Shown here one piece after another: positions 17,055-25,316 of a stretch of 35,503 nt of DNA. The DNA lies in the IMG/VR virus record IMGVR_UViG_3300020045_002971, positions 1 through 35,503 of that record, one strand, 5' to 3'. The notes below the pieces were generated by a model, which had not been told where the DNA came from, did not search any database, and saw nothing but the letters and a program-made list of their open reading frames with translations. Numbering within the stretch: position 1 is the first letter of the stretch; every line of letters begins with the position of its first letter. This DNA is from a virus. Its lineage: Duplodnaviria > Caudoviricetes. A program made the position numbers and the translations under genes.

Positions 17055-17588
17055 TTATGATGCCGGTACAAGAATCGTTTGTACAATCGTGTCACTGATT
17101 GTAAGCGCTCTTGTGGTTTCTTTTCCTTCTAAGTTCAATAAGTGACCGCGTAAGTCTTCATACATTTGACCAGTCGAAGCCTCGGAGGTTGTAACTGCCA
17201 ATCCGTTGATGAATCCGTACGCTTTCCACTTCGCATCTTCGCCAACTGGTCGGGAGAATTTCACAAAGACAATCAACTTTGCACGTCCTGCCTGTTCATC
17301 TAGTTTGGCTGTGACCGCTTCGTCGTCTTTGAATTGAACCATTCCAACGTGTGTACGAAAGTAAGAATTATTTTCACGCGATCCATTTCCGTTGTCGTCA
17401 AATTTTGCCGATTCAAGATCCGGTGTCCACGTATAGGCCTTTGTTCCGTTTACTGTGGTGAGAGCGGTGATAACACCATCTGCGATTGTGTAGGAATTGC
17501 GATTGCATTTATCAAGAACAACAACCGCTTCAACGCCACCATTCTCCCGTTCGCACAACTCTTCATAGTCTGTGAGTGTAACTGCCAT
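17055..17588 (-). CDS. Major tail (tube) protein
   Basis: 177 aa directly after the capsid gene; C..NGGV start, YGFING, STG...D..G..L.L.G.E pattern; followed by a terminator as expected for a high-copy protein. Confidence 0.7.
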   Translation of the reverse strand: MAVTLTDYEELCERENGGVEAVVVLDKCNRNSYTIADGVITALTTVNGTKAYTWTPDLESAKFDDNGNGSRENNSYFRTHVGMVQFKDDEAVTAKLDEQAGRAKLIVFVKFSRPVGEDAKWKAYGFINGLAVTTSEASTGQMYEDLRGHLLNLEGKETTRALTISDTIVQTILVPAS

Positions 17589-17613
17589 AATTTCTAATTA
17601 TTTTTTAGTGAAT

Positions 17614-17636
17614 AAAAGGAGGGCTGTTAACCCTCC
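17614..17636 (-). terminator. Intrinsic terminator after the capsid gene
   Basis: GGAGGG-TTAACAG-CCCTCC-TTTT. Confidence 0.7.
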
Positions 17637-17641
17637 GTTAA

Positions 17642-18685
17642 TTATGATACTGGCGTTAATCTCAGTCTGGTGAAGTAAGCAGGAAATACGTAAGCGATTC
17701 CTGATCTCCATTTCACACCGAAGCGCAATTTTTCGTCGTAATCAGAATACTTCCAAGTGAAGCCGTCTTTGTCATTTTCCAAATCAGTTCCGTAGAACAT
17801 ATATTTGTAACAAACACCGTACACTAAATCAGTACCGTCAAGTTGCGGATAAGAGCGTACGGTTACGTTGGTTGTTGGAAGGGTAAATGATACCTCGCCG
17901 TCTGCCTCTGTTACCGCAAATGTTGCTGAATAATCTTTATCAGCCCAAACCTGATCGATACAAGCACGTGCAGTCTCGTAACCGCAAATGATTTCGTAAC
18001 CTACTGTATCTTTGTGACGTTTAACGATTGTTGGTGACTGATTGAACACGTCCATCAGTACGTCGAATCCGTTAGCCGATGTGATAGTTGTTGCTGCGGT
18101 TGTAACGTAAGCAATATTCAAATCAGCATCAGCCTCCCAACGGGTAGAGAATCCGTTATAATGTACAAGGTCAGTGTTTAATGAAGTCGTGTCACCGTTC
18201 ATCATTAGATTTTCATCCAACTCCTGAGCGCGTTGTTGATAATAAATCAACATTGCATCAGCAAAGTTAGGCGGCTCCTGATCCTGTGCGTTTGCACCAG
18301 CAACGTTCATCAGTTGCGCCCAAACATCGTTCAGATCTTCGTTGCAATACTCTTCCTGAATCTTAACCCTTACCGTTGAGATTGTCTCATCAGTCAAGAT
18401 CATTCCGCCTTCAGGTGTCCAGCCGCAAGTAGAGGCCGCCTGAAGAGTCGGTGTTGAGTTAATCAATTTGATTCTCTCTGATCCTTTCACGCCTGTCATC
18501 ACGTTGATACGTGACTTCAGATTGCCTGTATTAATCAGGTCTTGCATCACGTCTGGCGATTGCTCGTCAACGTAAACTCCTAAATCGGAAACGTCCCAGT
18601 TAAAGGTTTGTTTACCGAAAGAGGCTGTAATTGTAGCCATTCCAGCTATCACTGCGAATGCTAATTTTCCAAATTTCCACTTCAT
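17642..18685 (-). CDS. Major capsid protein
   Basis: 347 aa after protease/scaffold; VMTGVKG, CGWTPEG, EEYCNEDL, MMNGD, MFYGTDL..D. Confidence 0.85.
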   Translation of the reverse strand: MKWKFGKLAFAVIAGMATITASFGKQTFNWDVSDLGVYVDEQSPDVMQDLINTGNLKSRINVMTGVKGSERIKLINSTPTLQAASTCGWTPEGGMILTDETISTVRVKIQEEYCNEDLNDVWAQLMNVAGANAQDQEPPNFADAMLIYYQQRAQELDENLMMNGDTTSLNTDLVHYNGFSTRWEADADLNIAYVTTAATTITSANGFDVLMDVFNQSPTIVKRHKDTVGYEIICGYETARACIDQVWADKDYSATFAVTEADGEVSFTLPTTNVTVRSYPQLDGTDLVYGVCYKYMFYGTDLENDKDGFTWKYSDYDEKLRFGVKWRSGIAYVFPAYFTRLRLTPVS

Positions 18686-18710
18686 TTCTATTCGATTTTA
18701 ATTTTGTGAA

Positions 18711-20048
18711 TTACTTTTTTGCTTTTTTCCAACCCGGTTCTGTGCTGCCGGTTACGGTTTTGAATGCCGGTTTGCCCTCTGCCAGTTTTTCAACCGCCTC
18801 AGTGAGTGTTTGAATGTCTTTAGCAAGCTCAACGATTTTCGCGTCAGATTCTTTTTTGAAGTCAGCAAATTTCTTATCTGATTTCTTTTCCAAATCCGCT
18901 TTCATTGCTACCATTGCGGCGGCCATTTCTTCGTCATCTTCTTTCTCCATCTCAACAACTTCAACGGTATCAATCATTCCTTCGTCATCTGTCTTAACAA
19001 CATAGTTGTTTCCGTCAAACTCAAAAGAAACTTCTTCACCCGCAATTAATACGGGTTCTTCGCCTTCCGGTACTCGAAATAAAGCAGTGCCTTTTTCTAA
19101 TGCACCCTCCCATGTGATCGTTTGACCGTCAACAGTGGTAGCCTCAGCGTACTTATCCTTTTTTGTTTTGTCAAACACTGGTTTTTTAGCCGCCGGATTC
19201 TTCATTCCTAGGCGTTCCCAGATAGATTTTTTTTCCATTTTTTTAGATTTTGATTTCTTTAATTTACTTAGCGAAACGCCCTCTGTTTTGCCATCAATCA
19301 TAACAACAACCCCCTTTGCGTTTACTTGCAACGAATGACCATCGTAGTGATATTCGCCTGAACTCAGGTGGCTTGGTTTTTGCCCGGCATCAAATGGTTT
19401 GTAATTCAACTGAACACCGATTTCAATGATGTCTTCAACGATTTCAATCTCCCATTCGCTCAACTGAGCAATGACCGCAAACACTTTTTTCATAGGCACT
19501 TTCTTGTTGTTTAATTTCACCTCAACATTCTTAAACCACCCCTCAAGACTAAAGCCAGCGCCGTTTTCTTTTACAAACTTCCACGTCTTTTCGTCATTAA
19601 TTTTGTACGCAAAGATCACTGATCCTTTTTGCAAATTTTGGTTTGCAAATTCAGACGGAATATTGCTGCGTTCATCGTTAATTGTGATCATTTCTATGAG
19701 TGCCGCACCACTAACTTTTTTACTCATGTCGTGCATGAGGTTAACGTTGTTGTGGTAGCCGTTTTTTGCGAACAAATCCCTTACTTTTTCCGCATCACTT
19801 TTGGTGAAGTAAACGTTGTACTCATAGCCGTCATCATCTCGGCGGTAAATTGGTTGATAGGTTGACAAGACTACGCCCTTTACAATTTTCTTTTCTTCGT
19901 TGAAGTGGTAGCGCTCGACCTTTACGGGAGCGGCTGACATTGTTACGTAAGATTTGCTGTGGGCTGGTGAGTCCACTAAGCCGACGAAGTCCATTCCTTT
20001 GTCTTCGTCTGTTTCAACTGTAAGTCTGTATAGAGGTAATCTACTCAT
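18711..20048 (-). CDS. Prohead protease (XkdF-like) fused to scaffold domains
   Basis: VGLVDSPAH, IYRRD, VNLMHD, GFSLEG; acidic, coiled-coil C-terminus. Confidence 0.85.
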   Translation of the reverse strand: MSRLPLYRLTVETDEDKGMDFVGLVDSPAHSKSYVTMSAAPVKVERYHFNEEKKIVKGVVLSTYQPIYRRDDDGYEYNVYFTKSDAEKVRDLFAKNGYHNNVNLMHDMSKKVSGAALIEMITINDERSNIPSEFANQNLQKGSVIFAYKINDEKTWKFVKENGAGFSLEGWFKNVEVKLNNKKVPMKKVFAVIAQLSEWEIEIVEDIIEIGVQLNYKPFDAGQKPSHLSSGEYHYDGHSLQVNAKGVVVMIDGKTEGVSLSKLKKSKSKKMEKKSIWERLGMKNPAAKKPVFDKTKKDKYAEATTVDGQTITWEGALEKGTALFRVPEGEEPVLIAGEEVSFEFDGNNYVVKTDDEGMIDTVEVVEMEKEDDEEMAAAMVAMKADLEKKSDKKFADFKKESDAKIVELAKDIQTLTEAVEKLAEGKPAFKTVTGSTEPGWKKAKK

Positions 20049-20053
20049 CTTAC

Positions 20054-20083
20054 AGATAAGACGGAAAAATTATTTTTTGTGCG
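20054..20083 (-). promoter_or_regulatory. Putative phage late promoter 1 (CGCACAA-N12-CCGTCTTATCT)
   Basis: Identical bipartite motif and spacing to 30362-30391; ends 5 nt before the protease ATG. Confidence 0.75.
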
Positions 20084-20104
20084 TTTTTGTTTGAAAAAAT
20101 GTTG

Positions 20105-20112
20105 TATGTTTG
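20105..20112 (+). promoter_or_regulatory. TAnnTTTG promoter box of the replication operon
   Basis: TATGTTTG in the divergent gap with TTTG upstream. Confidence 0.65.
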
Positions 20113-20116
20113 TGCC

Positions 20117-20210
20117 GTTCCCTTCTCACTTTAACGGAACAAAAGGAATTTTAATTGAGCCTTATAATGAAAGCAGAAGTGAGAAGCTGCCGGATTTATG
20201 AGGCTTTTTT
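20117..20210 (+). ncRNA. Structured leader / small RNA with complementary loops and a terminator
   Basis: Loop CTTCTCACTT (20122-20131) is the exact reverse complement of loop AAGTGAGAAG (20177-20186); the second hairpin ends in a T tract. Confidence 0.65.
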
Positions 20211-20220
20211 ATTTTGCATT

Positions 20221-20394
20221 ATGACGTATAAAATATACACGAATAAAGGAGATGAAATAGAATTTTACCAAGTTGAAGATTGTATAATGATCGAGATTGG
20301 CGATGGTGACACAAGTGAGATTGCCTCACTTTCAAAAGACGAGGCTATGGATTTAGTGCGAGGTCTCAATTCTTTATTAAGCAACATAGGATGA
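20221..20394 (+). CDS. Small acidic hypothetical protein (57 aa)
   Basis: ATG at 20221 (MTYKIYTNKG); ATGA overlap with the initiator. Confidence 0.65.
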   Translation: MTYKIYTNKGDEIEFYQVEDCIMIEIGDGDTSEIASLSKDEAMDLVRGLNSLLSNIG

Positions 20395-21158
20395 ACAGTT
20401 ACGAGTTGTCACGAAGGTTTTTTGATTGGTGCTTTGAGAATCCGGAAAAGATAAAGCCACTCCATTCGGCTATTTATTTTTTTGCGCTTGAGCATTGGAA
20501 TAGGTTGGGTCATAAATCAAAGTTTGGTTTCCCCTCTCAAATGACTATGGATGCGGTCGGAATTAGGAAGTACCAGACTTACGGTAAAGCATTCAACGAT
20601 CTTATTGATTGGGGGTTCTTTGAGTTAATCGAGAAAAGCAAAAATCAATATTCGGCAAACATTATATCGATAAGTGCTACGCCAAAAAACGGCATAGCAC
20701 GGGGCAAAGCACTGGACAAAGCAACGATAAAGCACGGGTCAAAGCAACGGCAAAGCACAAGGCAAAGCATGGACAGTATAGATAAACCAATAAACCAACA
20801 AACCAATAAACCAATAAACCAAGAACCATTTCTTTTAAAAAAAGAAACAAAAAAAACTTCAAAGAAAATTAAGTTGGTTGATTTTTCAATTCCAATTGAG
20901 ACAAGAATAAATTTATTCAGGGAGGCATTGGTTGAATTTGAACCTGAATTTGGAAAGCCGTTGATTGAAAACTTTTTCTTGTACTGGTCAGAGAAAACAC
21001 TTTCCGGAAAAGAATTGAGATTTGAGATTCAAAAAACTTGGGAGTTGAAACTTCGATTGGCGCGGTGGAGAAATAATAATTTCGGTAACAATACCGCGCA
21101 AAAAGAAAACCCCCTAGGCACGCACCGCATAGGCCAAGACTTCACAAAAGGATTGTAA
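20391..21158 (+). CDS. Replication initiator protein (lambda O-like organisation)
   Basis: N-terminal winged-helix-like region, central iteron-encoded linker, C-terminal FFLYWSE...RLARW; precedes a DnaC-like ATPase. Confidence 0.8.
   Translation: MNSYELSRRFFDWCFENPEKIKPLHSAIYFFALEHWNRLGHKSKFGFPSQMTMDAVGIRKYQTYGKAFNDLIDWGFFELIEKSKNQYSANIISISATPKNGIARGKALDKATIKHGSKQRQSTRQSMDSIDKPINQQTNKPINQEPFLLKKETKKTSKKIKLVDFSIPIETRINLFREALVEFEPEFGKPLIENFFLYWSEKTLSGKELRFEIQKTWELKLRLARWRNNNFGNNTAQKENPLGTHRIGQDFTKGL
20691..20850. repeat. Putative replication origin (two iteron sets plus A-rich tract) inside the initiator gene
   Basis: AAAGCA cores at 20706, 20718, 20729, 20741, 20752, 20764; AAACCAAN x5 at 20784-20823; A/T tract after. 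Confidence 0.75.
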
Positions 21159-21161
21159 ATT

Positions 21162-21773
21162 ATGGAAGAAAAGAAACAAAACAGAATCAATGCGCTGGCC
21201 GCAATTCGTGAAGCCGGTTCAAGCATTGAGCCGTACTTCACACTAAACGAAGATCAGGAAGAGTATTATCTAAATCTGATGGCGTACTTCATGGACAAGC
21301 CCCGCAACCTTGACAGATTAAAGGGACTGTTGATACTTGGAACCGTTGGTACAGGTAAGACAATGTCAATGGAAGTCATGCGTAAAATGTTTGGCGGGTT
21401 TCAGATGGCGAACACCCGACACATTGCTAGGGACTACGCCATTGATGGATTGAAAACCATTGACAAATACGGGCGTGAATCATTCGGCAGGACACCCGCC
21501 GGAGTGATTGATTACAAAAAGCCAATGAAATATTGCTTTGATGATTTCGGTTTGGAATCAACAAACGTAAAGGTTTACGGGAATGTCGCAAACATCATGG
21601 AAGAAATTATTCACGACCGTTATGAGCAATTTCTTAAACACGGAATGATGACTTACGCAACCTCAAACCTTGACGCGGAACAAATCAAAAAATACTACGG
21701 CGAACGCACGACAGACCGCCTTCGTCAAATGATGAACGTTATTTCGTTAACCGGAAAATCTATGAGACAATGA
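21162..21773 (+). CDS. DnaC/IstB-like AAA+ ATPase (helicase loader)
   Basis: GTVGTGKT, YCFDDFGLE, TSNL, YGERTTDRLRQM. Confidence 0.88.
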   Translation: MEEKKQNRINALAAIREAGSSIEPYFTLNEDQEEYYLNLMAYFMDKPRNLDRLKGLLILGTVGTGKTMSMEVMRKMFGGFQMANTRHIARDYAIDGLKTIDKYGRESFGRTPAGVIDYKKPMKYCFDDFGLESTNVKVYGNVANIMEEIIHDRYEQFLKHGMMTYATSNLDAEQIKKYYGERTTDRLRQMMNVISLTGKSMRQ

Positions 21774-22384
21774 AACCACTAAAAATATCCGAACTAAAAA
21801 ACTCAACCCCGATAGATCAGTTACTCACTGACTTACTGAGAAATTCATCCCACAATCAACCGGACAAAGCAACCTTCGCAACGATGCTTAAATCAAATTT
21901 CGGATTCATGTACATTGATGAGATCCGGCGAATATTCAAGCTATTCGATTCGGGCGGGTTCACTGCTGAAACAGACGACACACACACCTTCAACGAATGG
22001 TTTTGCCGTGTCATTGCGGGCCACAAAAAATTCAAAGAGCAAACCGTAAAAGAAGTTTACCGGCCAGCCGACCACAACTTGCACGAACTGTTTCAAAAGA
22101 TGTGGGATGAATCAATTAAAATCAGTCAGTTTCAGTTCAGGCCAGACGTTGCGGTTTATGGTTACGACCAGATCAAACAGCGCGGAGAAATTCCAAACGT
22201 TGAGATTGAAAAGTCAAAGGAGTTCAAGAAATTGGAAGGTAAATTTCTCCAGGCAAAAAGAGACAACGGGGCAACGCTTTACAACCTCACTTACCCGCTC
22301 AACATGGAAGCGTACAAACGCCACGTGAAGATTGAGATATTCAAGAATTATTTTACTAACTTTATCAAAACACCAACGACATGA
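21770..22384 (+). CDS. Hypothetical protein
   Basis: 204-aa ORF, ATGA-coupled. Confidence 0.75.
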   Translation: MKPLKISELKNSTPIDQLLTDLLRNSSHNQPDKATFATMLKSNFGFMYIDEIRRIFKLFDSGGFTAETDDTHTFNEWFCRVIAGHKKFKEQTVKEVYRPADHNLHELFQKMWDESIKISQFQFRPDVAVYGYDQIKQRGEIPNVEIEKSKEFKKLEGKFLQAKRDNGATLYNLTYPLNMEAYKRHVKIEIFKNYFTNFIKTPTT

Positions 22385-22455
22385 AAGACCGTACATTTTT
22401 TATTTGGTCGACATCAATAATGATTGCGCTGTGGATTTTTAACTAAAATTATTTG

Positions 22456-22656
22456 ATGAAACTATTTGAAATCGAGCCAGAGAAACCCGTTGAGGGATTG
22501 ACTTGTAAAACTTGTGAGCATCGTGAACGTTGGGCTTTTGGTTCGGCTGTGTTTCAGTATTGTGCAGTAAGAAAGTCAAACAGAACAAGCAACGGTCAAT
22601 TGAAAATTAAATGCAAAACCCCTGCCTGTTTGAGTTATAAACCAGAAACAAATTAA
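22456..22656 (+). CDS. Small Cys-rich (putative zinc-binding) protein
   Basis: CKTCEH...YC...C...C. Confidence 0.65.
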   Translation: MKLFEIEPEKPVEGLTCKTCEHRERWAFGSAVFQYCAVRKSNRTSNGQLKIKCKTPACLSYKPETN

Positions 22657-22659
22657 CCC

Positions 22660-23148
22660 ATGAAAAAACTAATAATCTTTTTAGCCTTGTGCGGAATTGC
22701 TTGTAGTCTTACCGGAATCTATTTAGTATCTGGATTAAGAACGGTAAGACCAAAGGCTGACAGACTCGAATCAGAAATGATCTGGCCGTCAAATGAGTTG
22801 ACAAAGGAAAACGTCTATGCTGAGATTATGCGGTGTGATATAAAGTTCTCTGACATTGTTTTACGTCAGGCTTTGCTGGAAACCGGACACTTCACATCAA
22901 AAAACTGTTTGGAACGAAACAACTTATTTGGAATGAAGGGTGGCGACAAGACAAACGAAAATCCCTCAGGTTACCGCATTTTCTTACACTGGAGGCACTC
23001 AATCCAAAATTATAAGGAATGGCAAGCAAAAAGAATTTCAGACGATTGTAGCGATTGCTATGAGTTCCTTAAACGTTTTGGGTACTCTGAGAATCCAGAG
23101 CATTACGATTCGCTGTTGAGAGGGATTGATGTTAAGATAAATATTTGA
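22660..23148 (+). CDS. GH73-like glucosaminidase-domain protein with N-terminal signal/anchor
   Basis: QALLETG, NNLFGMK, YSENPEHY; MKKLIIFLALCGIACSLTGIYLV. Confidence 0.8.
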   Translation: MKKLIIFLALCGIACSLTGIYLVSGLRTVRPKADRLESEMIWPSNELTKENVYAEIMRCDIKFSDIVLRQALLETGHFTSKNCLERNNLFGMKGGDKTNENPSGYRIFLHWRHSIQNYKEWQAKRISDDCSDCYEFLKRFGYSENPEHYDSLLRGIDVKINI

Positions 23149-23167
23149 ATGTTATAAGCAGTTCCAG

Positions 23168-25315
23168 CTACTTACTCCCCCCAATCGAACTAACCGCCTC
23201 AATCTGATTCATCTCATCCTGCATTTCGTTAAGTTCAACCATTGACAGAATCACTTTTGATGTGCCTCCGTTGATCAATCCCTCCGTTGCTGTGACCGTG
23301 TTGTTTTGTTGTGAGCCAGCGTTGCCGTTGCTTGACGAGTTGGTTGAGTTGTTGCCCGTGTCTGAGATGCCTGAGAAACTAGGAGGTGTTATTAATCCCG
23401 CCGATCCTTCAAACTGTTGTGCGGAAATAGTTGCTATCTGAGCGCCAGCAGCGGCCCCAACCAAACCGGCCATGATGAAGTTAACCGGCGGCGGCGCAGA
23501 GGCCAGCGCCTTAATGACGGCACCTGCGCCATCAATTGTTGCCTGCGCAATTCTCAGCGCCTTATCCCTTTTGAATTTCTTTTTGTTCAACTCGTCAACT
23601 GCCTTGGCTGTGCGGAGTTCGATTTCAAATTTCTGTTGAGCAGTCAGGCCATTAACTGATAATTCCTTTTTTGAATCCTTCTGGATCTTTGCAATCTTGT
23701 TGTCCGAAATCTGGTTTGCAAAATCATTGAACGCTACAAGCGTGTCCATTGCTTGCTGTGTGATATCCTGAGTTTGTTTCAGGCTCTCAGATAGTTCGGC
23801 TTTAATATTCTCTGATCCGGTTTCGCGGTAGGCTTTTAGCTGCGCAAAGAATGATTCAACCTTACCCAAAGCGGTTGTAATTTCTTCCTCCGGGATTAGT
23901 TCAAATGATTCCGGTTCAACCTCAAATTTATCTGACATGTTGATCTGTGGAAATTCATTCCACATCTCATTGAACGTTGTCCAGAACTCACCAACGATTG
24001 GCTCCGGGTCAGGCATTTTGATATTTACCGGAACGGTTACGCCTTTTTCCGCTTCATTCTTAAACGCAATCAAATCTGTTTCAGCAGAAAATATCGCATC
24101 CTCCTGTGATTTCAGTTGCTCCCTGATTAGTTTCTCTGTGGTGTCTTTATTGATGCCAACGGATTTCAAGAACTGATCCAGCGATTGACCACGCAAAGCG
24201 GCCTCTAAAGTATAACGCTCAACCATTGCATTGATCAGGTCTTGGTTCAATTGTAGAACAGCTTTCTTTTCAGCGAGTACCGCCTCTAATTTTTGAGTGG
24301 TCAGCTCGTCAACATTTTTCCCCTCAGCTTTCGCCCTGGCAATATTCAAATCAAACTCAGTTTGTTTGTCATCAAATGATTCCTTTTCAATCCTGCGTTT
24401 CTCTTTGAGTTGCTGAACCTCTTTGTTGTAGTTGTCTGTGATTTGTTTGGACGCTTTCTCCCTTGCGCTGGCAAGTTTCGCTTCTTCACCAAATAGTTTT
24501 TGATAAGCCAGAATAACCCAACCAATAGGACCGAGCAAAATCAATAGAACGTCATGCAAGTTGCCAAACTCTTTGATTGCTTTTTGAACGAACGCTTGCA
24601 CCTTATCAAAGTTCGCAATCAGCAAACCAAGCCCGACGATAAGTGCACCGATACCCGTTGAGATCAAAGCAATTCTAAATAGCTTCAGCGCACCGGTTGA
24701 AGTTCCGACAACGGCGGCGTAAGCAGACTGAGCAGCGCTTTGTATGCCCGTCCAATAGGCATCAAGTTTTTTCCTGAGTAAAGTTTCTTTTTGAAGCGAG
24801 GCGTGTAAGGCTTCAATTCCCATGAGCGCAGACTGAGCGGCCTGCAACTTCATGATTGTTTTAGTCAGGTTTTCATTTTCAGTACCAAGTAAAGCGGTGA
24901 CACCCTGAAAAGCCGAATAACCACCAAGCACACCCTGACCTAATTGTAGTGCGGTTTGCAAACCTCTGCCGTCTTTTGAAAGACCATCAATCGATGCGGA
25001 CAAATCACCTATCCGATCTTTGAGTTGTCCGGCCTGTTGTAGAGCTGCTTTACCAATGGGCGAATTTTCTCCGGCTTGCAGCGCAATGGTAGCATATTCT
25101 TTGACCGCTCTGGTCATTTCACGCATTGACATTTCACCCGATGCAACACGCTTATCAAGTGCCTTCAGTTTATCTTCAAAAGACGTGACACTTTTAGCTG
25201 CTCCGTCAACATCTTTTTTGACATCTTCAAACCCTTGTGAAACATTGTCAAGACCCTGCTCAACGCCCGTGGTGTCAGCCTTTAATTTTAATATTACTTC
25301 CCGTTCTGTTGCCAT
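23168..25315 (-). CDS. Tape measure protein
   Basis: Helical Ala/Gln/Lys-rich; ALISTGIGALIVGLGLLIANFDKV; C-terminal AAAGAAQIATISAQQF. Confidence 0.85.
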   Translation of the reverse strand: MATEREVILKLKADTTGVEQGLDNVSQGFEDVKKDVDGAAKSVTSFEDKLKALDKRVASGEMSMREMTRAVKEYATIALQAGENSPIGKAALQQAGQLKDRIGDLSASIDGLSKDGRGLQTALQLGQGVLGGYSAFQGVTALLGTENENLTKTIMKLQAAQSALMGIEALHASLQKETLLRKKLDAYWTGIQSAAQSAYAAVVGTSTGALKLFRIALISTGIGALIVGLGLLIANFDKVQAFVQKAIKEFGNLHDVLLILLGPIGWVILAYQKLFGEEAKLASAREKASKQITDNYNKEVQQLKEKRRIEKESFDDKQTEFDLNIARAKAEGKNVDELTTQKLEAVLAEKKAVLQLNQDLINAMVERYTLEAALRGQSLDQFLKSVGINKDTTEKLIREQLKSQEDAIFSAETDLIAFKNEAEKGVTVPVNIKMPDPEPIVGEFWTTFNEMWNEFPQINMSDKFEVEPESFELIPEEEITTALGKVESFFAQLKAYRETGSENIKAELSESLKQTQDITQQAMDTLVAFNDFANQISDNKIAKIQKDSKKELSVNGLTAQQKFEIELRTAKAVDELNKKKFKRDKALRIAQATIDGAGAVIKALASAPPPVNFIMAGLVGAAAGAQIATISAQQFEGSAGLITPPSFSGISDTGNNSTNSSSNGNAGSQQNNTVTATEGLINGGTSKVILSMVELNEMQDEMNQIEAVSSIGGSK

Positions 25316-25316
25316 C

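Noticed and set aside
20155-20220. N-terminal extension of the track ORF 20155-20394
   Set aside because: The TTG start lies inside the structured leader/terminator; the ATG at 20221 is the more plausible start
22381-22446. 21-codon hydrophobic ORF coupled to the upstream gene by ATGA
   Set aside because: Could be real, but too short to support without homologues
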